Part shown: one piece after another, positions 39,701-49,304 of the stretch
How positions within the stretch are numbered: position 1 is the stretch's first letter
Layout of the letters: each line of letters begins with the position of its first letter
Assembly (NCBI GenBank): GCA_965222605.1
Contig: OZ244960.1
Span: forward strand, 4,000,001 to 4,064,000
Length of the DNA stretch: 64,000 nucleotides
Source of the DNA: Candidatus Latescibacterota bacterium
GTDB lineage: Bacteria; Latescibacterota; UBA2968
Reading direction: 5' to 3'
Program-made: the position numbers and the translations under genes
Notes under the pieces: model-generated
The model's input: the letters and a program-made list of their open reading frames with translations, nothing else
What the model was told of the DNA's origin: nothing
Databases searched by the model: none

Positions 39701-42700
39701 GCCAATGACGAGGATAGTGACGACAGCATCACGGGTTATGCCATTACCGGTGGAGCGGATCAAGAGCAGTTCGAGATCACGGACGAGGGTGCGTTGCGCT
39801 TCAAGGCCGCACCGAACTATGAGGTGCCAGCAGATGTTGAAAGCGCCGACCCTGCCAATGTAGCAAATAATAATGAATACATCGTGGAGGTCACGGCGAC
39901 GAGCGGTAAGAATGAACGTGTATTGACAGCAGCACAGATGATTACTGTGACTGTTTCGGACAAGGATGACGAGGCACCGGGTCAGGTTGAAACGCCTGTG
40001 GTTTCGGAAGCGACGTTGAATAGTTTGAAAGTGACGTGGGAAGTTCCTGCGAATACGGGACCTGAGATCACCGATTACGATGTGCAGTATAAGGCAAGTG
40101 ACGATGACGGTTTCACCGATGCGGAATACGATGGCACGGATTTGACTTTGACGCTTACGAACTTGAAACCGGGTACGAGTTATGAGGTGCAGGTGCGTGC
40201 GACGAGCGATGAAGGCACAGGTGTGTGGTCTGATTCAGGTGAAGGGATGACCATTGAGAATCAGGCTCCGGTGTTCACGAGCAATGCGACATTCGAGGTG
40301 AAAGAAAATAACACAACGGTTGGCGCAGTGTCCGCCAATGACGAGGATAGTGACGACAGCATCACGGGCTACGCCATTACCGGTGGAACCGATCAGGATC
40401 AGTTCGAGATCACGGACGAGGGTGCGTTGCGCTTCAAGGCCGCACCGAACTATGAGGTGCCAGCAGATGTTGAAAGCACGGACTCTGCCAATGCAGCAAA
40501 TAATAATGAATACATCGTGGAGGTCACGGCGACGAGCGGTCAGAATGAACGTGTATTGACAGCAGCGCAGACGATCACTGTGACTGTTTCGGACAAGGAT
40601 GACGAGGCACCGGGTCAACCTGCTGCGCCGACCATAGCAGAGGCGACGATGAATAGTTTGAAAGTGACGTGGGCAGTTCCTGCGAATGCGGGACCAGAGA
40701 TCACGGATTACGATGTGCAGTATAAGGCAAGTGACGATGACGGTTTCACCGATGCGGAATACGATGGCACGGATTTGACTTTGACGCTTACGAACTTGAA
40801 ATCGGGTACGAGTTATGAGGTGCAGGTGCGTGCGAAGAACGATGAAGGCACAGGTGCGTGGTCTGATTCAGGTAGTGGGATGACCATTGAGAATCAGGCT
40901 CCGGTCTTCACGAGCAATGCGACATTCGAGGTGAAAGAAAATAACACAACGGTTGGCACAGTGTCCGCCAATGACGAGGATAGTGATGACAGCATCACGG
41001 GTTATGCCATTACCGGCGGGGTTGATCAGGAGCAGTTCGAGATCACGGAGGAGGGTGGGTTGCGCTTCAAGGCTTCACCGAACTATGAGGTGCCAGCAGA
41101 TGTTGAAAGTGCCGACCCTGCCAATGCAGCAAATAATAATGAATACATCGTGGAGGTCACGGCGACTGGCGGTGCGAGTGAACGGGTATTGACAGCGAAA
41201 CAGACGCTTACTGTGACTGTTTCGGACAAGGATGACGAGGCACCGGGTCAGGTTGAAACGCCTGTGGTTTCGGAAGCGACGATGAATAGTTTGAAAGTGA
41301 CGTGGGCAGTTCCTGCGAATGCGGGACCCGAGATCACGGATTACGATGTGCAGTATAAGGCAAGTGACGATGACGGTTTCACCGCTGCGGAATACGATGG
41401 CACGGATTTGACTTTGACGCTTACGGGCTTGAAATCGGGTACGAGTTATGAGGTGCAGGTGCGTGCGACGAGTGATGAAGGCACAGGTGTGTGGTCTGAT
41501 TCAGGTGAAGGGAAGATGAAGGTTAATGTTGCGCCGGTCTTCACGAGCAATGCGACATTCAATGTGCTGGAAAATGTGACAGGTGTCGGCATAGTGGTTG
41601 CCAATGACGCCGATAGCGACGACAGCGTCACCAGTTATGCCATTACTGGCGGGGCAGATCAAACCCAGTTCTCCATTTTTTCAGAAACAGGTGTGTTGAT
41701 CTTCAAAGCCGCACCAGATTTTGAGGCTCCATTGGATGTGAATATCGACAACGCATATATCGTAGAGGTCACAGCGACGAGTGGTGAGAATGGTCGAGCC
41801 TTGACTGCAACACAGACAATAACTGTTATAGTGACCGACATAGGTCCCCCGGAGATAGATGCGCCGACAGTGACGCAGGCAACCGCGACTACCCTGACCA
41901 TTACCTGGGAGAACACCTCAGTAGTATTGAATACAGATAATGTTTCTATTTTTGATCCAATTGACGTTGCGTTGGACATCGCAGGGAACAAGCTATACTG
42001 GACGGACTCTGGTAGCATTCGGCGTGCTGATCTCGACGGAACAAATGTCGAAGACGTCATTCGGGATGCAGTGCAATTTCCTGTGGGTATTGCGTTGGAT
42101 ATCGCGGGGAACAAGATGTACTGGGTAGATCTCTATTCGAATAAAGTCCAGCGTGCTGATCTCAATGGTGAAAATATCGAGGACCTCGTCACCACGGGAC
42201 AGGATAAACCTGGGGGTATTGCATTGGACATCGCAAGGAACAAGATGTACTGGATGGACTCTGGTAGCATTCGGCGTGCTGATCTCGATGGTGAAAATGT
42301 CGAAGACCTTATCGCCACGGGATTGCCGGATAAATTTGGGGGTATTGCGTTGGACATCGTGGGGAACAAGATGTACTGGGCAATCGGTGATAGAATTCGG
42401 CGTGCTGATCTCGACGGAACAAATGTCGAAGACCTCGTCACTACGGGATTGGTGGATCCATTTGACATTGCGCTGGACATCGCAGGGAACAAGCTATACT
42501 GGGCGGACCGTGGTACGGATAAAGTCCAGCGTGCTGATCTCAATGGTAGAAATGTCGAAGACCTCGTCACCACGGGATTGGATGACCCATTTGGCATTGC
42601 GTTGGACATCGCAAGGAACAAGCTATACTGGACAGAAACGGGCATTCGATCGAAAAAAATAGGGCGTATTGATCTTGACCTCAACTACGACATACAATAC

Positions 42701-45490
42701 CGAATCATCGACACTACCGGATTTATCAGCGCGAATTACACCGGAGAGGATTTGACTACGACTCTCACGGACTTGGCAGGTACCTGTGAGGTGCAGGTGC
42801 GTGCGACCAACGCCGAAGGCACGGGCGACTGGTCACCTTCTATTCAGGTGTTGATGAATCAGTATCCTGAGTTTCCTTTTGGAAATGTCCGATGGACTGT
42901 GAGAAATCATTCTACGCGCTCTTCCGATTTCGATACCGATGTCTCCGCACATGACAATGACCCGCTTACTTATACTCTTATAGGTGAAGGTGCAGACGAT
43001 TTCATCTTTGCCCCCTCAACTGGTCGTATTCAACTAAAATCAGGTTTATCTTTCGATAGAGATGTCAAGGAACATTACGAATTTTTTCTTGTAGCTACTG
43101 ATGGTAAGGGAGGGCACGATACGTTAATTGTGCGGATTCATGTTTCCGAGTATCCTAATGATCCGCCCTATTACGACACATATCTTCAGCCTTTGCCCAT
43201 TGTTCTTCGCCTCTATAATCAAAGATTTAGGACTAATACCGATCTTTCTACCGTATTCAAAGATGATAACGATGATAGTGATAGCTTTAGATATAGTCTT
43301 AGCGGTAGAGATCACCATATGTTTCGAGTTGATCAGGAGACAGGTCAATTATCAATAGCACCCTCGTATGATAACTACTTCTCAGGCGATTTCGGTAATG
43401 AGGGGGCTGTTCATCCATTCAAGCTCCATGTCTCCGATGGGCATGGTGGTACTGCCGAAGTCCCTGTTCATGTTTATGTATCTCGTAATAAGACCACTGA
43501 AAGTTTTCGGACATTTGTAAATTGGCGAGCCTGGAATGGCGGTTCAAGACAAGCGGAACCAGACTACAGCATGGTACCAGACTTCTCGTATGCGGGGTAT
43601 CACTACTTTGAAAAACCAATTCCTGAACTCACTGAGCGTAATCATCCGATATTTGATGTTACTACCTACGGGGCTATTGCCAATGATGTCTATTCTGATC
43701 AGCCTGCGATAGAGCGCGCCATTGAAGCAGCAGAAGCAGCAGGAGGTGGAACGATTTTCTTTCCCGAAGGGGAGTATCTTGTGGCCACGCAGACGGATCT
43801 GATAGATGGAGAACCTCAGCCGATTAAGATTCAGGGTAGTAATATCGTTTTCAAGGGGGTAGGAGCAGACACTAACATCCGTTATTCAGATAGAGATAAT
43901 GGTTTAGTTTGGTCGTCGGATGTACCGGAAACAATTGAATGGGGATCTATTATACGGCAAGTCTATAATTTGGAATCTGTGGATGGCTCAAATGACGGTA
44001 CCCCTGCTTTGTTTCAGTTTATTCCATCAGATACAACCTCGCATGAGATTACAACAATCGTAGAGAAAGCTAGAACAGAAGATTTTTGGATTACTGTTGC
44101 AGACGCGTCCCAATTGCGTGTGGAGCAAAGAGTTGTGTTGTGTATGTTTGAACGCGATTGGGATGATTTTATTGACAATCTCACAACCGCAAAATCGAGT
44201 AAGGATTGGACAAGTGGAATGAAAGTTTATGAACGCCATCAGATAGCTGAGATTAGAGGAAATAGGGTCAGGTTTAAAGAACCTTTGCATTTCTTTCTAA
44301 TTGAGCCTGAACACGGTTGGAGTGTTAGGACTTATCCTCATATCGAAGAAGTTGGTGTTGAAGATTTAAGTATCCAGGGTACGTGGAGACACTCGTTCGT
44401 GCATCACGCGAGTCCTAAGCACGATAGCGGATATACTCCCTTAAAGTTTGAGAAATGTGTTAATTCCTGGGTTAGACGTGTTAATTTCGTCAATGTTAAT
44501 ATAGGGATGCTTATTTACAGGTGTATGGCGGTGTCTGTCTATCAGGTTAGACTCGCAGGGAGTCGGGGGCATTTTTTCATTAAAAATAAAAAAAATTATG
44601 GGGTGTTTATTGGTTTAACAGAGGACAGAGGAGGTAGTAAGTATGGGTCCCCCGATAGAAAGGGTCAGGAGCACGGTTCAAATGTGCAGTCTTCAACTAC
44701 AGGAACTGTTCATTGGCGAAATGACATGCATGGCAATCAAAAGATCGACCCTCATGCGTCTTGCCCGTATGCCAATCTCTTCGACAGCAACAATGGCGGA
44801 CAAATTTCGGGTGCTGGTAATATAAAGTCTATGCCGAATCATCTCTTTTCTTTTGTCTGTTGGAATCACGCTCATCAGCGAAGTGCTCATAGGGATTACC
44901 ATTTTTGGTCTAGTGACGACCGGAGCTGGATTTTAAGACCAATTTTTGTCGGGTATCATAGAGGTGAGTATGGCGGGACTTTTGAGATGCAATACGCGCA
45001 TATAAATGAGTCTGAAGGAACCAAAGTTAATCCCAGTTCTCTTTTTCAAGAGCAACTTAAATTGCGTTTGGGAAGAAGAGCTCCTAGTTGGTTGAATGAT
45101 CTCGCAGGAGAGTGGGAAGATATTAAAGCGCGAGATATATGGGTTCCTCCTATCTTAATCAAAAAGAGCCTCAAACTTAATTTTGAAAAACAGGAGTTTG
45201 ACGATGGGGTTAAAATATTGGATTTGTCTAGCTTTTTCCGCAAAATGTATAATGTTTCACATAGTGAATACACCGCAACTTCTTCTAATCCCGATATTGC
45301 GACAGTGCAAATCTTCGACATCGGAGCTGGTAACGACGGTGATTTGAAACTCAGGAGGCGCAGCAGCGGTAGTGTCACAATTACAGTAGAGGCAAGGGCT
45401 GTATTGTATACTAATAATGATGGTTATATTTTTAGTCCGCATACTTGCCCCATTCCTGCTCGTCAGACGTTTATTCTTGATATTGATTGA
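36776..45490 (+). CDS. Giant exported surface protein: cohesin-like, dockerin-like EF-hand pair, LRR, PPC-like, cadherin/FN3 repeats, YWTD propeller, beta-helix/DUF4955-like domain
   Basis: Signal peptide; DFDGSGTVDFPDFL; LxxLxLxxN repeats; NQAPVF..F.V.EN cadherin-like; W..P...ITDYDVQYK..YEVQVRA FN3; six DIAGNK.YW.D; PDFSYAGYH..FDVTTYGA..ND..IFFPEGEY. Confidence 0.88.
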   Translation: MQKLLLRRRSAYASIFAVTLAVLLIQSFSPSSQTSSFSLSLDLDEAVGGQAMHSLNVSPDQDVSIQIFGTDIQNASDLSVRIEYDATQVVYEGFDTGDVLPNVRVQKGDSTAVSRTPGQASFVQINLASLGGSATVNSGLMGTLRFLTTDAFLGTEIRLVRAELGRGEQSEAVPLSLSVALRVAAASSPDFDGSGTVDFPDFLFLVSVFGSRLNDGKYETKYDLDGNGEIAFDDFLIFVSSFGKSVDTIDQPYATKRVATSSDFLSVCDRTPQVRDAIVTALGATDCGSVTEQDLSNLTNRLAIYGSSESSISALKVGDFSGLSELRRLRLINNSLTTLDNNVFVGMSKLKTLEVSGGDISDIHAGAFGGLDSLSALSLEDNNITSLQDNTFEPLTKLRILRLNSNDITSVSSLPLDDLSGVLVLDLYLASNKIASLSSRDFADVSSNLIFLDLQGNKLSALPDSLFYNMVNLLKLDFRSNSVDPLNMRVSLERIQNSDRTSDKFFAKVHTGAPFDLNVPVTVSGGTLDVDNNVVTISAGSMSSSVVTATRIDATADNDITVTLGDVQISMGDIQNTSDRRRGLAFEKVSNSITLSPEVVAVFVFEPSVTWGNEQVSFVSADAFGVEENSSNVGTVSARIYRRPSEFKDLGDITGLTSGKGYFENNESLGDGNHEKYYRFVLTQPKVLNIGLRQLDVDTDLILEDADGSELPLGTSNDPSDPSKKRIIVSLCEGTYYAHVKVKDLGENVFNFRYGIVPGSPDASEVSRLRGRSIGGAVSGYTVSGGSDGDKFSISESGLLTFNDVPNYEDPLDVASTSPLNDAGNNEYVVVVTGRGESSSGTQSIVVTVSDKDDEAPGQPAVPTVAEATLTTLKVTWEVPANTGPEITDYDVQYKASGESEFTDAEYDGTDLTLTLTGLKPGTSYEVQVRAENDEGSGAWSDSGSGMTIENQAPVFTSNATFEVKENNTTVGAVSANDEDSDDSITGYAITGGADQEQFEITDEGALRFKAAPNYEVPADVESADPANVANNNEYIVEVTATSGKNERVLTAAQMITVTVSDKDDEAPGQVETPVVSEATLNSLKVTWEVPANTGPEITDYDVQYKASDDDGFTDAEYDGTDLTLTLTNLKPGTSYEVQVRATSDEGTGVWSDSGEGMTIENQAPVFTSNATFEVKENNTTVGAVSANDEDSDDSITGYAITGGTDQDQFEITDEGALRFKAAPNYEVPADVESTDSANAANNNEYIVEVTATSGQNERVLTAAQTITVTVSDKDDEAPGQPAAPTIAEATMNSLKVTWAVPANAGPEITDYDVQYKASDDDGFTDAEYDGTDLTLTLTNLKSGTSYEVQVRAKNDEGTGAWSDSGSGMTIENQAPVFTSNATFEVKENNTTVGTVSANDEDSDDSITGYAITGGVDQEQFEITEEGGLRFKASPNYEVPADVESADPANAANNNEYIVEVTATGGASERVLTAKQTLTVTVSDKDDEAPGQVETPVVSEATMNSLKVTWAVPANAGPEITDYDVQYKASDDDGFTAAEYDGTDLTLTLTGLKSGTSYEVQVRATSDEGTGVWSDSGEGKMKVNVAPVFTSNATFNVLENVTGVGIVVANDADSDDSVTSYAITGGADQTQFSIFSETGVLIFKAAPDFEAPLDVNIDNAYIVEVTATSGENGRALTATQTITVIVTDIGPPEIDAPTVTQATATTLTITWENTSVVLNTDNVSIFDPIDVALDIAGNKLYWTDSGSIRRADLDGTNVEDVIRDAVQFPVGIALDIAGNKMYWVDLYSNKVQRADLNGENIEDLVTTGQDKPGGIALDIARNKMYWMDSGSIRRADLDGENVEDLIATGLPDKFGGIALDIVGNKMYWAIGDRIRRADLDGTNVEDLVTTGLVDPFDIALDIAGNKLYWADRGTDKVQRADLNGRNVEDLVTTGLDDPFGIALDIARNKLYWTETGIRSKKIGRIDLDLNYDIQYRIIDTTGFISANYTGEDLTTTLTDLAGTCEVQVRATNAEGTGDWSPSIQVLMNQYPEFPFGNVRWTVRNHSTRSSDFDTDVSAHDNDPLTYTLIGEGADDFIFAPSTGRIQLKSGLSFDRDVKEHYEFFLVATDGKGGHDTLIVRIHVSEYPNDPPYYDTYLQPLPIVLRLYNQRFRTNTDLSTVFKDDNDDSDSFRYSLSGRDHHMFRVDQETGQLSIAPSYDNYFSGDFGNEGAVHPFKLHVSDGHGGTAEVPVHVYVSRNKTTESFRTFVNWRAWNGGSRQAEPDYSMVPDFSYAGYHYFEKPIPELTERNHPIFDVTTYGAIANDVYSDQPAIERAIEAAEAAGGGTIFFPEGEYLVATQTDLIDGEPQPIKIQGSNIVFKGVGADTNIRYSDRDNGLVWSSDVPETIEWGSIIRQVYNLESVDGSNDGTPALFQFIPSDTTSHEITTIVEKARTEDFWITVADASQLRVEQRVVLCMFERDWDDFIDNLTTAKSSKDWTSGMKVYERHQIAEIRGNRVRFKEPLHFFLIEPEHGWSVRTYPHIEEVGVEDLSIQGTWRHSFVHHASPKHDSGYTPLKFEKCVNSWVRRVNFVNVNIGMLIYRCMAVSVYQVRLAGSRGHFFIKNKKNYGVFIGLTEDRGGSKYGSPDRKGQEHGSNVQSSTTGTVHWRNDMHGNQKIDPHASCPYANLFDSNNGGQISGAGNIKSMPNHLFSFVCWNHAHQRSAHRDYHFWSSDDRSWILRPIFVGYHRGEYGGTFEMQYAHINESEGTKVNPSSLFQEQLKLRLGRRAPSWLNDLAGEWEDIKARDIWVPPILIKKSLKLNFEKQEFDDGVKILDLSSFFRKMYNVSHSEYTATSSNPDIATVQIFDIGAGNDGDLKLRRRSSGSVTITVEARAVLYTNNDGYIFSPHTCPIPARQTFILDID
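39310..41840 (+). repeat. 633-bp intragenic tandem repeat (FN3 + cadherin-like), about 4 units
   Basis: GACGAGGCACCGGGTCA recurs at 39335, 39968, 40601 and 41234. Confidence 0.95.
41960..42640 (+). repeat. Six LDL-receptor class B (YWTD)-like repeats
   Basis: ALDIAGNK(L/M)YW..  ..RADL(D/N)G.NVEDLV units of 41-43 aa. Confidence 0.9.
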
Positions 45491-45757
45491 TCTGTAACTG
45501 TCTGTTAGAAGAACCAGGCAACGGACTCGGCACAGTATATCAGGAGGTTTTTGCTGACTGCTGCTAACAATCAGCATAAATCAAGATATTGGTGTCCAGC
45601 CAATAACGCCAGGTCCTCGGAATTATGGTTCATAGGCCGCTGCCCGATCATATCCGCTAATCAGGAGCGAGCGTTTTTGCGCCGGGGTGTGGCGAGCAGA
45701 TTGTCGATGCAGCTTTGGGATTGCAGGAGCAATTGTGATGACTGAGAGCGTTGGGAT

Positions 45758-47725
45758 ATGAGCCTTGCTACCGATGAAAAGCAGGTGGTGGAAGAACGGG
45801 CCGGGGCACTCCGTGAACGGGTGACGGCGCGCGCGCTGGTGATCGGTGTGTTCACGATTGTGGGGATGGCGCTTTTCATGTCCTATTTCGGGCAGAATCT
45901 GGTGAAGAATTATATGCCCGTAGCGGTGGCTCTGCCGTTTGTGGCGTGGCTGGGGATCAATACGGTGTTGAAGCTGTTTGCGCGGCGGTGGGCACTGTCC
46001 CGGATGGAGATGTTGACGGTGTTTTTCATGGTGTGGCTGGTGGGGAATTTGCCGGGTATCGGGTGGGCGATGTATATGGTGACCGATATTGCGGCTCCGG
46101 CTCACTACGCTTCTCCTGAGAACCGGATGCGAGAGGTGGTAATACCCTATTTTCCGGACTGGCTGTTTCCAGAGGAATCGGAGGCGGTGATCGGGCAGTT
46201 GTTTACCGGGGTGCAGGTGGATGGGGCTATCCCGTGGCTGGCCTGGGTGCGGCCGCTGTTCTGGTGGTTGATGGCGTGTTTGTCGCTGGTTGGGGCGGGT
46301 TTTTTTTCGAGTGTGATTTTTTATAAACAGTGGCACGAGAAGGAGCGGCTGGTTTTTCCGATGGCGACATTCCCGATGGATATGCTCAGGCAGTCCGCGG
46401 GCAGCCGCGTGCCGGATGTGTTTAAGAATAAGGTGTTCTGGATGGGATTTGGGTTTGTGGCGGGGATTATTGGCTGGAATATCATTGGGTATTTCGCCCT
46501 CAGCCTGCCGCCTATTACCCTGTTTTATTCGACCACGTACAAAGCCGTGCCTCTGGGACATCATTTTCCGGATTATTTTTTGCGGGTGCAGCCGATGATT
46601 ATGGGGCTGGCGTATTTGTGCCCGCTGGATATTTTGTTCAGTTTCTGGTTTTACGATTTTGTGAATATTTTGAAAAAGGGGTTGCTGAACCGCACGGGGT
46701 TTACGGTGGGTTTGCCCGGGCAGCCGGCGATGGGCGGCGAGATCGCGATGCTGGAATCGCACGGGGCGCTGGTTTTTCTGGTGGGCTGGTCGGTATGGGT
46801 TGCCAGAGGGCATTTGCGTGAGACGCTGCAAAAGGCGTTTGAAAGGGGGCGCGAGGACGATGACGGAATGCCGGTTTCTTACCGCACGGCGTGGCTGGGG
46901 TTGTTGGCTACGGCGGTGTTTTTGGGGGGATGGATGGTGTCTGCCGGGATGCGGGTTCCCGTGATGCTGGTGCAGTTGCTATTGTTATTTATCTGCTTTT
47001 TTGGGATTACCAAATACGCGGCGACTACTGGATTTATTTTTTTGTCTCCTGCGGGTGGAAAAGGAGCCGATGTGCTTCTGGCGCTGGGCGGAACGTCGAA
47101 TCTACCACCTGCGACACAGACGTCTATCTGGCTGGTGAATAGCAACGCGCTTTGCGGGGTGCCGATTCGGATTACGTGTATCCCCTCGGTGACGCATTTT
47201 TTTCGGATGCTGGGAGACCATTTGCGGCGACATCCGCTGATCTGGGGGTGTATCCCGGTGGCGTTTTTGACGGGTTTTGTGGCTTCTGTGGGCGCGCAGC
47301 TTTACCGGTGTTATACCGAGGGCGGTCTGAACGGGCATATGGCGCTGTGGGACTGGGGTGTGCTGATGGGCAGGGTGTCGCTGATTGAGGGGAGCAAGCT
47401 GACGGTGTTCGATCCGCAGAAGTTAGGGGTGTGGTTTTTTGGGTTTGTAGAGGCAGGGGTGCTGACTTATTTGAAGGCGCGGGTGTCCTGGTGGCCGTTT
47501 CATCCGGCGGCGATTGCTTTGCCCGTGGGGCGATACGGGTTTTGTCTGCTGATCGTGTGGTTGATGAAGACGATTGTGATCCGGCTTGGGGGCGTGAGTC
47601 TTTACCGGCGGTCGTTGCCGTTTTGGTACGGGGCGATTGTGGGGTATTTGTTTGGGATTGGGGTTTCGAAGGTGGTGGATATAATCTGGTTTCCAGATGC
47701 GGGACATGGGGTGCATGGGTGGTGA
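45758..47725 (+). CDS. Polytopic membrane protein, DUF6785/DUF6784-like (putative transporter)
   Basis: Many TM segments, W..W..PL..W, KQW...ERL.FP, WWPFHP, K....RLGG..LYRR..PF..G...G. Confidence 0.75.
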   Translation: MSLATDEKQVVEERAGALRERVTARALVIGVFTIVGMALFMSYFGQNLVKNYMPVAVALPFVAWLGINTVLKLFARRWALSRMEMLTVFFMVWLVGNLPGIGWAMYMVTDIAAPAHYASPENRMREVVIPYFPDWLFPEESEAVIGQLFTGVQVDGAIPWLAWVRPLFWWLMACLSLVGAGFFSSVIFYKQWHEKERLVFPMATFPMDMLRQSAGSRVPDVFKNKVFWMGFGFVAGIIGWNIIGYFALSLPPITLFYSTTYKAVPLGHHFPDYFLRVQPMIMGLAYLCPLDILFSFWFYDFVNILKKGLLNRTGFTVGLPGQPAMGGEIAMLESHGALVFLVGWSVWVARGHLRETLQKAFERGREDDDGMPVSYRTAWLGLLATAVFLGGWMVSAGMRVPVMLVQLLLLFICFFGITKYAATTGFIFLSPAGGKGADVLLALGGTSNLPPATQTSIWLVNSNALCGVPIRITCIPSVTHFFRMLGDHLRRHPLIWGCIPVAFLTGFVASVGAQLYRCYTEGGLNGHMALWDWGVLMGRVSLIEGSKLTVFDPQKLGVWFFGFVEAGVLTYLKARVSWWPFHPAAIALPVGRYGFCLLIVWLMKTIVIRLGGVSLYRRSLPFWYGAIVGYLFGIGVSKVVDIIWFPDAGHGVHGW

Positions 47726-47745
47726 GGGTAACGAATCGACGGATC

Positions 47746-47779
47746 GGTGTACAACTGGCCGCCTCTCAGGCCAGTTCAT
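47746..47779 (+). repeat. Solo copy of the 34-bp hairpin element
   Basis: GGTGTAC-AACTGGCC-GCCTCTCA-GGCCAGTT-CAT. Confidence 0.8.
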
Positions 47780-47844
47780 CAACCGCGGGAAAGACGTGCT
47801 GGCAACCGCAGTTTGCAGGGCTGTTGAATCTGGGCGAGCGATGA

Positions 47845-49147
47845 AATGCTTGACATTGGGAGAAATTTTATGGAAAAGTTCAAATTTAATACTTGACATC
47901 TGAAGTGAGACTAATTATTTTAAGCATTGATACAATCGTATGCATTAATGTAGAAAAAAATAAAAGTCGAACAAGGACAGGTCCTGCCAGACAAAGCCCG
48001 TTCGACCCAAATGCACAACGTAAACCACATCGTGTTGTTTATAATATAGTTTAAGGGAGAGCAATTAAGCAACAGGAAAAATCAAAACCGATCAGGCAGC
48101 ATTTATGTCGCTTACCTAGCAAAAGGATTAGCCAATAAAAAAAAAGCAAGTTACCATCAAGGACATTGCAAGAAAGTTGGGGATTTCGTATTCAACAGTC
48201 TCAAGGGCATTGTCTCCGCATGCGTCGATAACGGTGAAGACGCAGACCCGAGATCTGGTGCGACAAACAGCCGCCGAGATGGACTACAGTCCCAATTTGA
48301 TGGCGCGGGGGGTTGTGACAGGGAAGGCGGGCACACTGGGTCTGCTGATCTACCATATTGCTTTGGAGACGTTTGGATGTCTGACCGACCAGATTCTGCG
48401 AGTGGCTGCCAAGCAGGATTATCAGATTCTGCTGAGAATGGCCGCTAACCGGCTTCCTCAGGATCTACTTGACGACCAGACCTTGCAGATCAGGCAGTTG
48501 ATTTCTCGTGGCATAGATGGACTCTTGATTCACACGCGGGGCGATGGAGAAGAATCAGAGCGTATTTTGAACATCGTGAGGGGACGAGTGCCAGTGGTTA
48601 CATTTCACTATCCGACTCAAAATCTGAGCGGGGTCGTTCTGGATGATGCAGCGGATTATTACGAGGCTACAGAGCATTTGATCAAGTTGGGTCACGAGCA
48701 GATCGGGTTTATCGGAAAGGACTGGAATCAGACCAGCCCGGTTTCATCCAAGGGTAAGGGGTATCTTTTAGCGATGCAAAAGCATAGCCTGACGCCCAAA
48801 CACATACCTGACTCCACCATCTATACAGAGGGAGGGTATCTCCTGGGCAAAGAACTCGGTGACCGGTTTACAGCCTTTGTGTGCCGGGACGATTATACGG
48901 CGATAGGCGTTTGTAGAGGGCTACAAGAATTGGGTCTGCGCGTACCTGAGGATATGGCTGTAGTAGGTAGCGGGGATATTGACGTGGCGGCTTATATGAC
49001 GCCAGCGCTGACGACACTGGTAACCCCCTACGAGGCGATTGCCCAAGCTGCGATGGATCTGATGCTGGAACAGCTCGAGGGGCAGAATACGCCTCGACAA
49101 ATAACCTTGAAATCGCATCTAATCGTGCGGGAATCCTGCGGGGCGAA
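47845..49147 (+). repeat. ~1.3-kb direct repeat (leader + lacI), copy B
   Basis: Near-identical to 35247-36546. Confidence 0.93.
47954..48037 (-). ncRNA. Putative antisense small RNA, second full copy
   Basis: Same promoter (18-nt spacer here), hairpins and U-tail as 35354-35437. Confidence 0.5.
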
Positions 49148-49166
49148 TTTAGAAATCGGTATTTAA
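48135..49166 (+). CDS. LacI-family regulator (copy 3), start codon changed ATG to ATA; possibly pseudogenised
   Basis: GCCA-ATA-AAA-AAA-AAG-CAA-GTT versus copy 1 GCCA-ATG-AAA-AAA-AAG-CAA-GTT; the rest of the frame is intact. Confidence 0.85.
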   Translation: MKKKQVTIKDIARKLGISYSTVSRALSPHASITVKTQTRDLVRQTAAEMDYSPNLMARGVVTGKAGTLGLLIYHIALETFGCLTDQILRVAAKQDYQILLRMAANRLPQDLLDDQTLQIRQLISRGIDGLLIHTRGDGEESERILNIVRGRVPVVTFHYPTQNLSGVVLDDAADYYEATEHLIKLGHEQIGFIGKDWNQTSPVSSKGKGYLLAMQKHSLTPKHIPDSTIYTEGGYLLGKELGDRFTAFVCRDDYTAIGVCRGLQELGLRVPEDMAVVGSGDIDVAAYMTPALTTLVTPYEAIAQAAMDLMLEQLEGQNTPRQITLKSHLIVRESCGANLEIGI

Positions 49167-49304
49167 TTACTTATTAGTTTAATTGAATTTCTTGTAGAAT
49201 GAAAATAAGTTTTGTAAATACATTAAGCCGGAGAAAGGAGGGGTATTTGAATTGAGTACGATACCGTAGTTGTATTTTTTTCCATCTCAAAGGAGGGCCA
49301 GCTT

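Noticed and set aside
34021-47779. 34-bp hairpin as CRISPR repeat or integron attC
   Set aside because: No spacer array, cas or integrase gene; too short for attC and does not fit RYYYAAC/GTTRRRY
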